From positions 4,640,001-4,704,000 of the forward strand of contig CAVUSO010000001.1 in the NCBI GenBank assembly GCA_963744145.1: DNA of 64,000 nucleotides. Reading direction: 5' to 3'. Below are positions 32,937 to 43,243 of the stretch, in pieces; within the stretch, counting starts at the first letter, position 1, and every line of letters starts with the position of its first letter. Position numbers and translations under genes: made by a program. This DNA comes from an uncultured cyanobacterium. Its GTDB lineage: Bacteria; Cyanobacteriota; Cyanobacteriia; Cyanobacteriales; CAWUOF01. The notes beneath the pieces are model-generated. The model did not search any database. It had not been told where the DNA came from and saw nothing but the letters and a program-made list of their open reading frames with translations.

Positions 32937-33863
32937 ATGAGATTTATTAGTCCCAAAATTGATTATGCCTTTAAAAAAATCTTCGGTTCGAGCCAAAGTG
33001 AACAAATTTTAATTAGTTTTCTGAATGCGATTATGTATAATGGGGAGAAAATCATTGAATCCCTCAATATTGTCAATCCCTATAATCCGGGTCAAGTGGT
33101 CAGTTTAAAGGAGTCTTATTTAGATGTAAAAGCGGTCTTAACCGATGGTTCAATAATTCTGATCGAAATGCAAATAGCGCGAGTGAGTGCCTTCAGTAAA
33201 AGAGTAATTTATAATGTGGGAAAAGCTTATACAAATCAATTAGGAATCGGGGAATATTATCCGGGTTTAACACCAGTAATTGGAGTGACAATCACCGATT
33301 TTATGATGTTTCCTCAGACCCCAGAAGTCATCACTCAATTTGGGTTGGTGGAGCAGACCAAAAAATTTCCCTATCCCGACCAAGAATTACAGTTCATTTT
33401 TGTGGAATTACCAAAATTTCAGAAACAACTATCAGAATTAGCTAACTTGAGGGAACAATGGATATATTTTCTGAAAGAAGCAGCAAGATTAGAGACAATT
33501 CCCCAGGAATTAGGTCAGGTAAGTGAAATCGAACTAGCTTTAAATATAGCGAATCAAGCCAATATGACTGTAGAGGAATTAGAAATAGTAGATAGAAGAG
33601 GAATGTTGTTACAAGATGAAAAAGGTCGTCTGACTTATGCTAGAGAAGAAGGTCGTGCTGAAGGTCGTGCTGAAGGTCAAAGGTTGGGGGAACAACAATT
33701 GTTACTTCGTCTATTGCACAAGCGTTTTGGTGAATTACCAACTTCTATAACTCAACCAATTGAAAACCTATCTATTCCCGATTTAATTAATTTAGGAGAA
33801 AATATTTTCGATTTCGATAGTCTCAGAGATTTGCAAGAATGGTTGGAACTTAGAGAAAACTAA
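32937..33863 (+). CDS. Rpn family PD-(D/E)XK nuclease/putative transposase with DUF4351-like C-terminus, copy 2
   Basis: DYAFKKIFG, LDVKA, IEMQ, FVELPKF, EGRAEG linker, LLRLLHKRFG...IFDF. Confidence 0.9.
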   Translation: MRFISPKIDYAFKKIFGSSQSEQILISFLNAIMYNGEKIIESLNIVNPYNPGQVVSLKESYLDVKAVLTDGSIILIEMQIARVSAFSKRVIYNVGKAYTNQLGIGEYYPGLTPVIGVTITDFMMFPQTPEVITQFGLVEQTKKFPYPDQELQFIFVELPKFQKQLSELANLREQWIYFLKEAARLETIPQELGQVSEIELALNIANQANMTVEELEIVDRRGMLLQDEKGRLTYAREEGRAEGRAEGQRLGEQQLLLRLLHKRFGELPTSITQPIENLSIPDLINLGENIFDFDSLRDLQEWLELREN

Positions 33864-34095
33864 CAGAAATGTTCCTCTCGCTCCAAACCCAATCGGAATA
33901 TCAACCGGGTGATGGAGCGAGTTTCTAATATTGATTAGAGTAATTAAGGATTATTTGCGATCGCTTGAATCAAACTAGATATTGCTGAGAAATCGTTATA
34001 ATCTGGTAGTCTTGACTGGCGATATAATTCATTTTCTGATAAACTAATTGATTAGCGGAAAACCTGAATCTAACTGCCATCCCAGGAGAAATCAG

Positions 34096-35058
34096 ATGAG
34101 ATTTATTAGTCCCAAAATTGATTATGCCTTTAAAAAAATCTTCGGTTCGAGCCAAAGTGAACAAATTTTAATTAGTTTTCTGAATGCGATTATGTATAAT
34201 GGGGAGAGAATCATTGAATCCCTCAATATTGTCAATCCCTATAATCCGGGTCAAGTGGTCAGCTTAAAGGAGTCTTATTTAGATGTAAAAGCGGTCTTAA
34301 CCGATGGTTCAATAATTCTGATCGAAATGCAAATAGCGCGAGTGAGTGCCTTCAGTAAAAGAGTAATTTATAATGTGGGAAAAGCTTATACAAATCAATT
34401 AGGAATCGGGGAATATTATCCGGGTTTAACACCAGTAATTGGAGTGACAATCACCGATTTTATAATGTTTCCTCAGACCCCAGAAGTCATCACTCAATTT
34501 GGGTTGGTGGAGCAGACCAAAAAATTTCCCTATCCCGACCAAGAATTACAGTTCATTTTTGTGGAATTACCAAAATTTCAGAAACAATTATCAGAATTAG
34601 CTAATTTGAGGGAACAATGGATATATTTTCTGAAAGAAGCAGCAAGATTAGAGACAATTCCCCAGGAATTAGGTCAGGTAAGTGAAATTGAACTAGCTTT
34701 AAATATAGCGAATCAAGCCAATATGACTGTAGAGGAATTAGAAATAGTAGATAGAAGAGGAATGTTGTTACAAGATGAAAAAGGTCGTCTGACTTATGCT
34801 AGGGAAGAAGGTCGTGCTGAAGGTCTTACTGAAGGTCGTGCTGAAGGTCGTGCTGAAGGTCGTGCTGAAGGTCAAAGGTTGGGGGAACAACAATTGTTAC
34901 TTCGTCTATTGCACAAGCGTTTTGGTGAATTACCAACTTCTATAACTCAACCAATTGAAAACCTATCTATTCCCGATTTAATTACTTTAGGAGAAAATAT
35001 TTTCGATTTCGATAGTCTCAGAGATTTGCAGCAATGGCTGGAACTTAGAGAAAACTAA
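34096..35058 (+). CDS. Rpn family nuclease, copy 3
   Basis: As copy 2; AGGAGA SD precedes ATG 34096. Confidence 0.9.
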   Translation: MRFISPKIDYAFKKIFGSSQSEQILISFLNAIMYNGERIIESLNIVNPYNPGQVVSLKESYLDVKAVLTDGSIILIEMQIARVSAFSKRVIYNVGKAYTNQLGIGEYYPGLTPVIGVTITDFIMFPQTPEVITQFGLVEQTKKFPYPDQELQFIFVELPKFQKQLSELANLREQWIYFLKEAARLETIPQELGQVSEIELALNIANQANMTVEELEIVDRRGMLLQDEKGRLTYAREEGRAEGLTEGRAEGRAEGRAEGQRLGEQQLLLRLLHKRFGELPTSITQPIENLSIPDLITLGENIFDFDSLRDLQQWLELREN

Positions 35059-35289
35059 CAGAAATGTTCCTCTCGCTCCAAACCCAATCGGAATATCGAC
35101 CGGGTGATGGAGCGAGTTGATCAGATTGATTAGAGTAATTAAGGATTATTTGCGATCGCTTGATTCCAACTAGATATTGCTGAGAAATCGTCATAATTTA
35201 GTAGTCTTGACCGGCGATAGAATTCATTTTCTGATAAACTAATTGATTAGCGGAAAACTGAATCTAAATGCCATCCCAGGAGAACTCAG

Positions 35290-36204
35290 ATGAGATTTAT
35301 TAGTCCCAAAATTGATTATGCCTTTAAAAAAATCTTTGGTTCGAGCCAAAGTGAACAAATTTTAATTAGTTTTCTGAATGCGATTATGTATAATGGGGAG
35401 AGAATCATTGAATCCCTCAATATTGTCAATCCCTATAATCCGGGTCAAGTGGTCAGCTTAAAGGAGTCTTATTTAGATGTAAAAGCGGTCTTAACAGATG
35501 GTTCAATAATTCTGATCGAAATGCAAATAGCGCGAGTGAGTGCCTTCAGTAAAAGAGTAATTTACAATGTGGGAAAAGCTTATACAAATCAATTAGGAAT
35601 CGGGGAATATTATCCAGGTTTAACACCAGTAATTGGAGTGACAATCACCGATTTTATGATGTTTCCTCAGACCCCAGAAGTCATCACTCAATTTGGGTTG
35701 GTGGAGCAGACCAAAAAATTTCCCTATCCCGACCAAGAATTACAGTTCATTTTTGTGGAATTACCAAAATTTCAGAAACAACTATCAGAATTAGCTAACT
35801 TGAGGGAACAATGGATATATTTTCTGAAAGAAGCAGCAAGATTAGAGACAATTCCCCAGGAATTAGGTCAGGTAAGTGAAATCGAACTAGCTTTAAATAT
35901 AGCGAATCAAGCCAATATGACCGTAGAGGAATTAGAAATAGTAGATAGAAGAGGAATGTTGTTACAAGATGAAAAAGGTCGTCTGACTTATGCTAGAGAA
36001 GAAGGTCGTGCTGAAGGTCAAAGGTTGGGTGAACAACAATTGTTACTTCGTCAATTGCACAAGCGTTTTGGTGAATTACCAACTTCTATAACTCAACCAA
36101 TTGAAAACCTATCTATTCCCGATTTAAATAATTTAGGAGAAAATATTTTCGATTTCGATAGTCTCAGAGATTTGCAGCAATGGCTGGAACTTAGAGAAAA
36201 CTAA
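35290..36204 (+). CDS. Rpn family nuclease, copy 4
   Basis: As copy 2; shortest linker. Confidence 0.9.
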   Translation: MRFISPKIDYAFKKIFGSSQSEQILISFLNAIMYNGERIIESLNIVNPYNPGQVVSLKESYLDVKAVLTDGSIILIEMQIARVSAFSKRVIYNVGKAYTNQLGIGEYYPGLTPVIGVTITDFMMFPQTPEVITQFGLVEQTKKFPYPDQELQFIFVELPKFQKQLSELANLREQWIYFLKEAARLETIPQELGQVSEIELALNIANQANMTVEELEIVDRRGMLLQDEKGRLTYAREEGRAEGQRLGEQQLLLRQLHKRFGELPTSITQPIENLSIPDLNNLGENIFDFDSLRDLQQWLELREN

Positions 36205-36436
36205 CATAAATGTTCCTCTCGCTCCAAACTCAATCGGAATATCAACCGCGTGATGGAGCGAGTTTCTAATATTGATTAGAGTAATTAAGGATTATTTGCG
36301 ATCGCTTGATTCCAACTAAATATTGCTGAGAAATCGTCATAATTTAGTAGTCTTGACTGGCGATAGAATTCATTTTCTGATAAACTAATATATGAGCGGA
36401 AAACCTGAATCTGACTGTTATCATAGGAGAACCCAG

Positions 36437-37387
36437 ATGAGATTTATTAGTCCCAAAATTGATTATGCCTTTAAAAAAATCTTCGGTTCGAGCCAAAGTG
36501 AACAAATTTTAATTAGTTTTCTGAATGCGATTATGTATAATGGGGAGAAAATCATTGAATCCCTCAATATTGTCAATCCCTATAATCCGGGTCAAGTGGT
36601 CAGTTTAAAGGAGTCTTATTTAGATGTAAAAGCGGTCTTAACCGATGGTTCAATAATTCTGATCGAAATGCAAATAGCGCGAGTGAGTGCCTTCAGTAAA
36701 AGAGTAATTTACAATGTGGGAAAAGCTTATACAAATCAATTAGGAATCGGGGAATATTATCCGGGTTTAACACCAGTAATTGGAGTGACAATCACCGATT
36801 TTATGATGTTTCCTCAGACCCCAGAAGTCATCACTCAATTTGGGTTAGTGGAGCAGACCAAAAAATTTCCCTATCCCGACCAAGAATTACAGTTCATTTT
36901 TGTGGAATTACCAAAATTTCAGAAACAACTATCAGAATTAGCTAATGTGAGGGAACAATGGATATATTTTCTGAAAGAAGCCGCAAGATTAGAGACAATT
37001 CCCCAGGAATTAAGTCAGGTAAGTGAAATCGAACTAGCTTTAAATATAGCGAATCAAGCCAATATGACTGTAGAGGAATTAGAAATAGTAGATAGAAGAG
37101 GAATGTTGTTACAAGATGAAAAAGGACGTCTGACTTATGCTAGAGAAGAAGGTCGTACTGAAGGTCGCGCTGAAGGTCGTGCTGAAGGTCGCGCTGAAGG
37201 TCAAAGATTGGGTGAACAACAATTGTTACTTCGCCTATTGCACAAGCGTTTTGGTGAATTACCAACTTCTATAACTCAACCAATTGAAAACCTATCTATT
37301 CCCGATTTAATTAATTTAGGAGAAAATATTTTCGATTTCGATAGTCTCAGAGATTTGCAGCAATGGCTGGAACTTAGAGAAAACTAA
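36437..37387 (+). CDS. Rpn family nuclease, copy 5
   Basis: As copy 2; AGGAGA SD precedes ATG 36437. Confidence 0.9.
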   Translation: MRFISPKIDYAFKKIFGSSQSEQILISFLNAIMYNGEKIIESLNIVNPYNPGQVVSLKESYLDVKAVLTDGSIILIEMQIARVSAFSKRVIYNVGKAYTNQLGIGEYYPGLTPVIGVTITDFMMFPQTPEVITQFGLVEQTKKFPYPDQELQFIFVELPKFQKQLSELANVREQWIYFLKEAARLETIPQELSQVSEIELALNIANQANMTVEELEIVDRRGMLLQDEKGRLTYAREEGRTEGRAEGRAEGRAEGQRLGEQQLLLRLLHKRFGELPTSITQPIENLSIPDLINLGENIFDFDSLRDLQQWLELREN

Positions 37388-37453
37388 CAGAAATATCAAT
37401 CTGGTATTTATTACTAGTATTATAGTAAGGCTATCTTACCCCTAGAGGCATTC

Positions 37454-38218
37454 ATGGCACAAAATCGTGAAATCGCTGTAGAATTTCGACAAGTAAACTA
37501 TTATGTCAAAAATCGTCAGATTTTGCTTGATTTGAATTTTACTGTTCGTCAGGGCGAAGCACTGGTATTATTAGGACGTAGTGGTAGTGGTAAAACTACT
37601 ACCATGAAATTAGTGAATCATCTTTTAATGCCCTCCAGTGGAGAAGTTTTAGTCCAGGGAAAACCAACCACGGAATGGAATCCCATCCAGTTAAGACGAC
37701 GGATTGGTTATGTGATCCAAGAAACTGGTTTGTTTCCTCATTTTACTGTTGAACGCAATATTGGCTTAGTTCCTGCTTTAGAAGGTTGGAAACCTCACCA
37801 AATTAAAACTCGTGTCCATGAACTTTTACTTTTAGTTGGGTTAGATCCGGAACAATTTGCGTCCCGTTATCCTCATCAACTTTCTGGGGGTCAACGTCAA
37901 AGGGTTGGAGTTGCTAGAGCATTAGCTATTGATCCACCAGTGATGTTAATGGATGAACCTTTTGGGGCTCTTGACCCGATTACACGATTAGATATTCAAA
38001 AAGAATTTCGACGGTTACAAACCCAATTAGGTAAAACTGTAATTTTTGTTACTCACGATATCCAAGAAGCTTTTGTATTAGGTACTAGAATTGGATTGAT
38101 GTCGGGAGGAAAAATGGTAGTATTAGAGACGCCCACAGAATTTTCCCGATCGCAAGAACCAGAAGCACTTGCTTTTCTGGAATGTTTGCGCTCAATTGGG
38201 CGATCGCAGCCCAACTAA
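37454..38218 (+). CDS. Osmoprotectant ABC transporter ATP-binding protein
   Basis: GRSGSGKT, LSGGQRQRVG, MDEPFGALDP. Confidence 0.9.
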   Translation: MAQNREIAVEFRQVNYYVKNRQILLDLNFTVRQGEALVLLGRSGSGKTTTMKLVNHLLMPSSGEVLVQGKPTTEWNPIQLRRRIGYVIQETGLFPHFTVERNIGLVPALEGWKPHQIKTRVHELLLLVGLDPEQFASRYPHQLSGGQRQRVGVARALAIDPPVMLMDEPFGALDPITRLDIQKEFRRLQTQLGKTVIFVTHDIQEAFVLGTRIGLMSGGKMVVLETPTEFSRSQEPEALAFLECLRSIGRSQPN

Positions 38219-38235
38219 TTACCCCAATTAGCACA

Positions 38236-38883
38236 ATGGACTATACTCATAATTTTTTCCTGATTCGCTATGGCACAGAAATTATCAATCGGACTGGAGA
38301 ACATTTAATTTTAGTCAGTATATCCATTGGGATTGCTACTTTAATTGGTATTCCCCTCGGAATTTTGATTACTCGTAAACCGGACTTTGCTCAGGTAATT
38401 TTAGGGGTTGCCAATATTTTCCAAACCATTCCTAGTTTAGCATTATTTGGGTTTTTAATTTCGGTTCCCTTACTAGGTGGAATTGGTAATACTCCCGCAA
38501 TTGTGGCACTTATATTATATTCCCTGCTACCAATTATTCGCAATACTTACACAGGTATTAATGGTGTTGATCCGGCAATTCGAGAAGCTGGACGTGGGAT
38601 GGGCATGACCCAGCAACAACTATTATGGCAAGTAGAAATTCCCTTAGCGATGGGAGTGATTTTAGCTGGGGTACGAATTGCTACTGTGATTGGAATTGGG
38701 ATCGCAACTATTGCTCCAGCAATTGGAGCTGGTGGATTGGGAGTATTTATTTTTCGCGGTATTGCTATAGTCAATAATCAGTTAATTTTAGCTGGGGCAA
38801 TTCCTGCTGCGGCGATCGCCTTATTAGCAGATTTTGGGATTGGTTTACTAGAAAAGAAATTAACCATTAAGGAGCTTAAATGA
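38236..38883 (+). CDS. Osmoprotectant ABC transporter permease
   Basis: QTIPSLALFG, EAGRGMGM, IGAGGLG; likely start MDYTHN. Confidence 0.9.
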   Translation: MDYTHNFFLIRYGTEIINRTGEHLILVSISIGIATLIGIPLGILITRKPDFAQVILGVANIFQTIPSLALFGFLISVPLLGGIGNTPAIVALILYSLLPIIRNTYTGINGVDPAIREAGRGMGMTQQQLLWQVEIPLAMGVILAGVRIATVIGIGIATIAPAIGAGGLGVFIFRGIAIVNNQLILAGAIPAAAIALLADFGIGLLEKKLTIKELK

Positions 38884-39791
38884 TCATAAAAAAGTTTTTA
38901 TCTTTGGTCATATTAATATTTAGCTTGCTGATGGGTCTTAGTGCCTGTGCTAGTTCCCAAATTAGTTATTCTGGTGATATTACTATTGGCTCAAAAAACT
39001 TTACTGAAAATATAATTTTAGCAGAAATTTTAGCCAAATCGATCGAAACAAAAACCAATTTAAAAGTAACAAGAAAGTTTAATTTAGGTGGTACAGGTAT
39101 TTGTCATGAAGGAGTTAAATCTGGACAATTAGATGCTTATGTTGAATATACAGGTACAGCTTTTACAGCGATTTTAAAGCAAAAAAAACTCAATGATGCT
39201 CAAGCTGTTTATGACCAAGTTAAACAAGAATATATAAAACAGTTTAATCTAGTATTAACTGAACCTTTAGGATTTGAAGATACTTTTGCGATCATTATCC
39301 GGAAAAAAGATGCACAACGCTTACATATTCAAACTATATCAGAAGTAGCGAAATATATCTCCCAATGGCAAGGTGGTTTTGGTTATGAATTTACTGAACG
39401 AGAGGATGGATTACAGGGATTATCTGAAACTTATGGATTAGAATTTACTCGTTCTCCCCAGATCATGGAGTTAGGATTACTATATCGAGCGTTGGTAGAA
39501 AAAAAGGTAGATATCATAGCAGGAAATTCTACCGATGGACAAATAGCTACACTGGGGTTAGTGATTTTAAAGGATGATAAACAATATTTTCCTCCTTATC
39601 AAGCTGTCCCGATCGTGCGTCAGGAAACTTTGCAGAAATATCCCCAATTACGGGAAGTTTTTCAGCAATTGGGAGGGAAAATTACCGAATCAGAAATGCA
39701 ACGGATGAACTATAAAATCGATGGTGACTTCGATCAAGTTGAAGATGTCGCGGAGAATTTTTTAAGATCAAAAAAGTTGTTAAATAAATAA
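38880..39791 (+). CDS. Glycine betaine/osmoprotectant ABC substrate-binding lipoprotein
   Basis: LSAC lipobox, IGSKNFTE, YVEYTGT, DDKQYFPPY. Confidence 0.9.
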   Translation: MIIKKFLSLVILIFSLLMGLSACASSQISYSGDITIGSKNFTENIILAEILAKSIETKTNLKVTRKFNLGGTGICHEGVKSGQLDAYVEYTGTAFTAILKQKKLNDAQAVYDQVKQEYIKQFNLVLTEPLGFEDTFAIIIRKKDAQRLHIQTISEVAKYISQWQGGFGYEFTEREDGLQGLSETYGLEFTRSPQIMELGLLYRALVEKKVDIIAGNSTDGQIATLGLVILKDDKQYFPPYQAVPIVRQETLQKYPQLREVFQQLGGKITESEMQRMNYKIDGDFDQVEDVAENFLRSKKLLNK

Positions 39792-39914
39792 TATCCTGTC
39801 TCAACTTATTTGATTTTGTTTGAACTTAGGATATTTAGCGATCGCTGGTGATATTCTTGATCATTCTTCCCTAGGTCAAGATGACCCTGGGTAAATGGGA
39901 CAGTCAAAACTATA

Positions 39915-41024
39915 TTAAACATTAAAAACCCACACTTGTTCACCAATTTTGATCTGATCACCAGCACTCAGTATGACAGGTTGATGAGGAACAAGACGAT
40001 TATTATTAATATAAGTTCCATTGGAACTACCTAAATCGACAAATTGATATAGTCGGGGATGATTAGCATCTGCAATCTGGATAATTTGAGCATGGTAACG
40101 AGAGCAAAGAGGATCTTGAACAGCTAGATGATTATTAGGTTCACGTCCGATATTAAATGGACTAATATTGATGGGAATAACTACATTTGAGGATTGATTA
40201 ATTAGATTTGCTATGCTCTGATTACCGGGTTGATTTGCTAACACCGTAGGAGCTAATAGTACATTATCCCTGACGGTCGGTAAATTACCTAAGTGCGGTT
40301 TTTCTGGTTCAATTACAACTGCATTAGTTTCTATAGTGCGAGGATCATTGGATTTACTTGACTGAGGAGAAATTATATTTACCTGTTGCACTGATGGATT
40401 GGGTAAAACTGGACGTCCTGCTTGAGCAATTTTTATTTGCAATTCTGCTTCATAAGCTGCTTCCTGTTTAGCACTCATTCCTTCAACTTGACGAATTACT
40501 CCACTATGTTGAGGAAAATTAATATCACTGACTCTGACATCTTCTAAAGTAAATCCCAAGGAATGTATATTGGTAACATGATCAAGTAAATATTGTCGAA
40601 TCACCACTCTACCTTGATTAGTAAGATTTTGCATAGAAAGGTGACTAATTGCGATTCCAATTAGGTCTTTCACGACAGTGATTAGCGTCGCAATTGGATC
40701 AGATAATTCTAATGCTACTCTTTGGGGATCTATGACTTGATATATAATACTTAAAGATAAATTAATTAAAAACTGATCTTGAGAGAGAAAGTCTCCTTGA
40801 GAAGAAATATCTAAGTTTCGCAGTTTATGATCAACTAGAATCAACTGCGCTTGTTCTAATAAGGGTAAAGCAAAGCTAAAATGACGACCAGGTGCAAGAG
40901 TCCTGACTACATGACCATTTTTGACCAACAAACCCGTAAAACCCGCATCGATAAAGTCCATACTTAAACCAACAAAGCGATCGGGAGTTATAGTTTGGAG
41001 CAATGGGGATGAGTTAGTAGACAT
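39915..41024 (-). CDS. SPFH/band-7 domain plus C-terminal FHA domain protein
   Basis: GLLVKNG...LAPGRH, YQVIDP, GFTLEDVRVSDI; FHA motifs IGR, SRYHA, DLGSSNGTY. Confidence 0.82.
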   Translation of the reverse strand: MSTNSSPLLQTITPDRFVGLSMDFIDAGFTGLLVKNGHVVRTLAPGRHFSFALPLLEQAQLILVDHKLRNLDISSQGDFLSQDQFLINLSLSIIYQVIDPQRVALELSDPIATLITVVKDLIGIAISHLSMQNLTNQGRVVIRQYLLDHVTNIHSLGFTLEDVRVSDINFPQHSGVIRQVEGMSAKQEAAYEAELQIKIAQAGRPVLPNPSVQQVNIISPQSSKSNDPRTIETNAVVIEPEKPHLGNLPTVRDNVLLAPTVLANQPGNQSIANLINQSSNVVIPINISPFNIGREPNNHLAVQDPLCSRYHAQIIQIADANHPRLYQFVDLGSSNGTYINNNRLVPHQPVILSAGDQIKIGEQVWVFNV

Positions 41025-41144
41025 GAGATTTTCTCACCAAATTTTTCAGGGTACTATTATATAATATAATAATCTCTTCGCCATAGATGATCATTAGAGA
41101 TTACTGCGAAATAATCTTAATCAAATAATTTGGTAACCAAAACT

Positions 41145-43016
41145 ATGTCAGACTCAATTTCCATGCGCGATCGCTATTTTACCCAGATCGACCAAATTGT
41201 CGAAATTACCCTCAAAGGTCAAATCCGTTCCAAAGAACAAGTATATCAAATGCTAGTCCAAAACATTAGCATGGGTACGGGAGAAATATTTGAAAGCTGT
41301 CTTGCTGAACGTCTCCAGCATACCCAAACTCAAATAGATACTCAAAAAGATGAATTAAAACAAGCCAAATCCACCCGCATTCTGAGAGCATTAAAAACAA
41401 TTGAAGGAGAATATTCTCGTTGGCAAAAAGATCACAAAATCTCTGATGCGATCGCGATCGCAACTCAAGAAATCATGACAGCGACCAATAGCGATCGCTT
41501 GACAGCTATTTTCCGAGCAATTGATCCGAACCAACCCCAAGCTCTCAATTTAGATCAATTAAAACAACTTACTAAAAATCTCCAGCACCAACTCCCTCAA
41601 ATTACTAATCCTAAATTAGAACAAGATGTACAACAAATTATTATTGGAATTACTCGTGGAATTGAAGCTTGGCACCATTTAGAACCCCATCTAGTTAGTT
41701 GGATTTATGATCAAAGTCGTGGTGCGATTGGATTTACAGGTACTCCTGACCATAATGGTCCTTGGTCATTATGGTCAAAACAAGTCAATAGTCCTTTTCC
41801 CCAAGCACTATTTAATGCGATCGCAATTAACCAATCAATTAGTGAATTTGCTGCTGCTCAAACTCACATAGAGCCGGTTAATTTAGTCGAATTAGCGGTG
41901 ATATTACAATGTTTACAACGTGGTTTAGTTGCTTGGTTTGACCAACTAATCTATGACTCTAAAGTCGGAGCAAAATTATCAATTTCTACCTTTATTACTT
42001 TCGCAGCAATTTGGGCATACTTAGCCAATGGATTTAATTATACACAGCTAAATACTAGCGATCGCAATCACTTAACCAATGGTTGTTTTCAAATCACCTT
42101 ACAAGTCTTACGTGCTTTTGCTCAACGAGAATATTTCCCTCTCTATGGAGGTACATTCGCTTCTTTTACCGGAACTTATTTGCGCGATGCTCTCAATTAT
42201 TTAGATGCACCACTCCGACAAGCAGAAGGAACTCAAGAAAAAGCCAGAATTTTAACTTTATTAGGTTATTCCCAACGGGCACAAGGTAACTATGAACAAT
42301 CGATCGCTTTTCATCAACAAGCTTTAGATATTGCTCGTAATGCTGGCGATCGGATTTGTGAAATTGCTAACTTAAATCACTTCAGTCGGACCTATATAGC
42401 TCAAAAACAATATGAAGAAGCAATTAATTATAGCCAAAGAGCCTTAATTTATGCTCGACAAATCGGTGAACAATTAGGAGAAGCAAATGCTCTAGTAAAT
42501 TTAGGCTATTCTGAAGTCTTAAAATCCCAACAACTAGAAATCATGGAACCAGAAATTTACCAAACAGCAATTAATCATTTAGAACAAGGTTTGCAACTCT
42601 CAGAAAAATTAGGCGATCGGCAAAGTCAAGCTCTTGGTTTAAGTAGTTTAGGGATCGCTCGTGTATTATTAGACCAACCGGAAATCGCGATCGAATATTT
42701 AACCAAAGGATGGGAAACCGCTCAATATTCAGGAGACTTATATCTTCAAGGTTTAAATATGACCTATTTAGCGGAAGCTTATTACCGTCAACAAAACCAA
42801 GGAAGAACTATTTATACAGCCAGTTTAGGAATGTATTTATTAGAACAAATCGGAGCGATCGAATGGCGTCAAGCTGCTGGATTATTAGTAATCTTACAAA
42901 GACAAATGGGTCAAGAAGCTTTCCAAAAAGGATTAGCAGAACAACGTTCTCAAATTATGATGATTATCGGAGTAGATGGCTATGATTATCTGCCTGAATT
43001 ATTAAATAAATATTAA
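41145..43016 (+). CDS. Tetratricopeptide-repeat protein
   Basis: C-terminal TPRs (QGNYEQSIAFHQQALDIA, GEANALVNLG); ATG at 41145. Confidence 0.85.
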   Translation: MSDSISMRDRYFTQIDQIVEITLKGQIRSKEQVYQMLVQNISMGTGEIFESCLAERLQHTQTQIDTQKDELKQAKSTRILRALKTIEGEYSRWQKDHKISDAIAIATQEIMTATNSDRLTAIFRAIDPNQPQALNLDQLKQLTKNLQHQLPQITNPKLEQDVQQIIIGITRGIEAWHHLEPHLVSWIYDQSRGAIGFTGTPDHNGPWSLWSKQVNSPFPQALFNAIAINQSISEFAAAQTHIEPVNLVELAVILQCLQRGLVAWFDQLIYDSKVGAKLSISTFITFAAIWAYLANGFNYTQLNTSDRNHLTNGCFQITLQVLRAFAQREYFPLYGGTFASFTGTYLRDALNYLDAPLRQAEGTQEKARILTLLGYSQRAQGNYEQSIAFHQQALDIARNAGDRICEIANLNHFSRTYIAQKQYEEAINYSQRALIYARQIGEQLGEANALVNLGYSEVLKSQQLEIMEPEIYQTAINHLEQGLQLSEKLGDRQSQALGLSSLGIARVLLDQPEIAIEYLTKGWETAQYSGDLYLQGLNMTYLAEAYYRQQNQGRTIYTASLGMYLLEQIGAIEWRQAAGLLVILQRQMGQEAFQKGLAEQRSQIMMIIGVDGYDYLPELLNKY

Positions 43017-43030
43017 GGAAATGATTCAAG

Positions 43031-43240
43031 ACAGTTCAGCTAAGTGTAGGGGTGAAGCATTCGGGCGATAATTGAACAATCAAACTAGTAATATTAGATC
43101 CGAATGCTTCACCCTTCGACTCCGCCCCCTTCGACTACGCTCAGGGTAAACTTCGACTCCGCCCTTCGACTCCGCCCTTCGACTCCGCTCAGGGTAAACT
43201 CAGGGTAAACTCAGGGTAAACCCTTTTTCTGCGCCGAGAT
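43031..43240. repeat. REP-like element carrying nested 24-nt repeats
   Basis: Matches 13935-14040 apart from an insertion at ~43113-43221. Confidence 0.8.
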
Positions 43241-43243
43241 CCT

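Larger units (their letters stand above)
31563..37393 (+). repeat. Five-unit direct tandem array (~1.15-1.19 kb unit), each unit carrying one Rpn gene
   Basis: ATG starts at 31757, 32937, 34096, 35290, 36437; near-identical coding and intergenic DNA. Confidence 0.97.
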
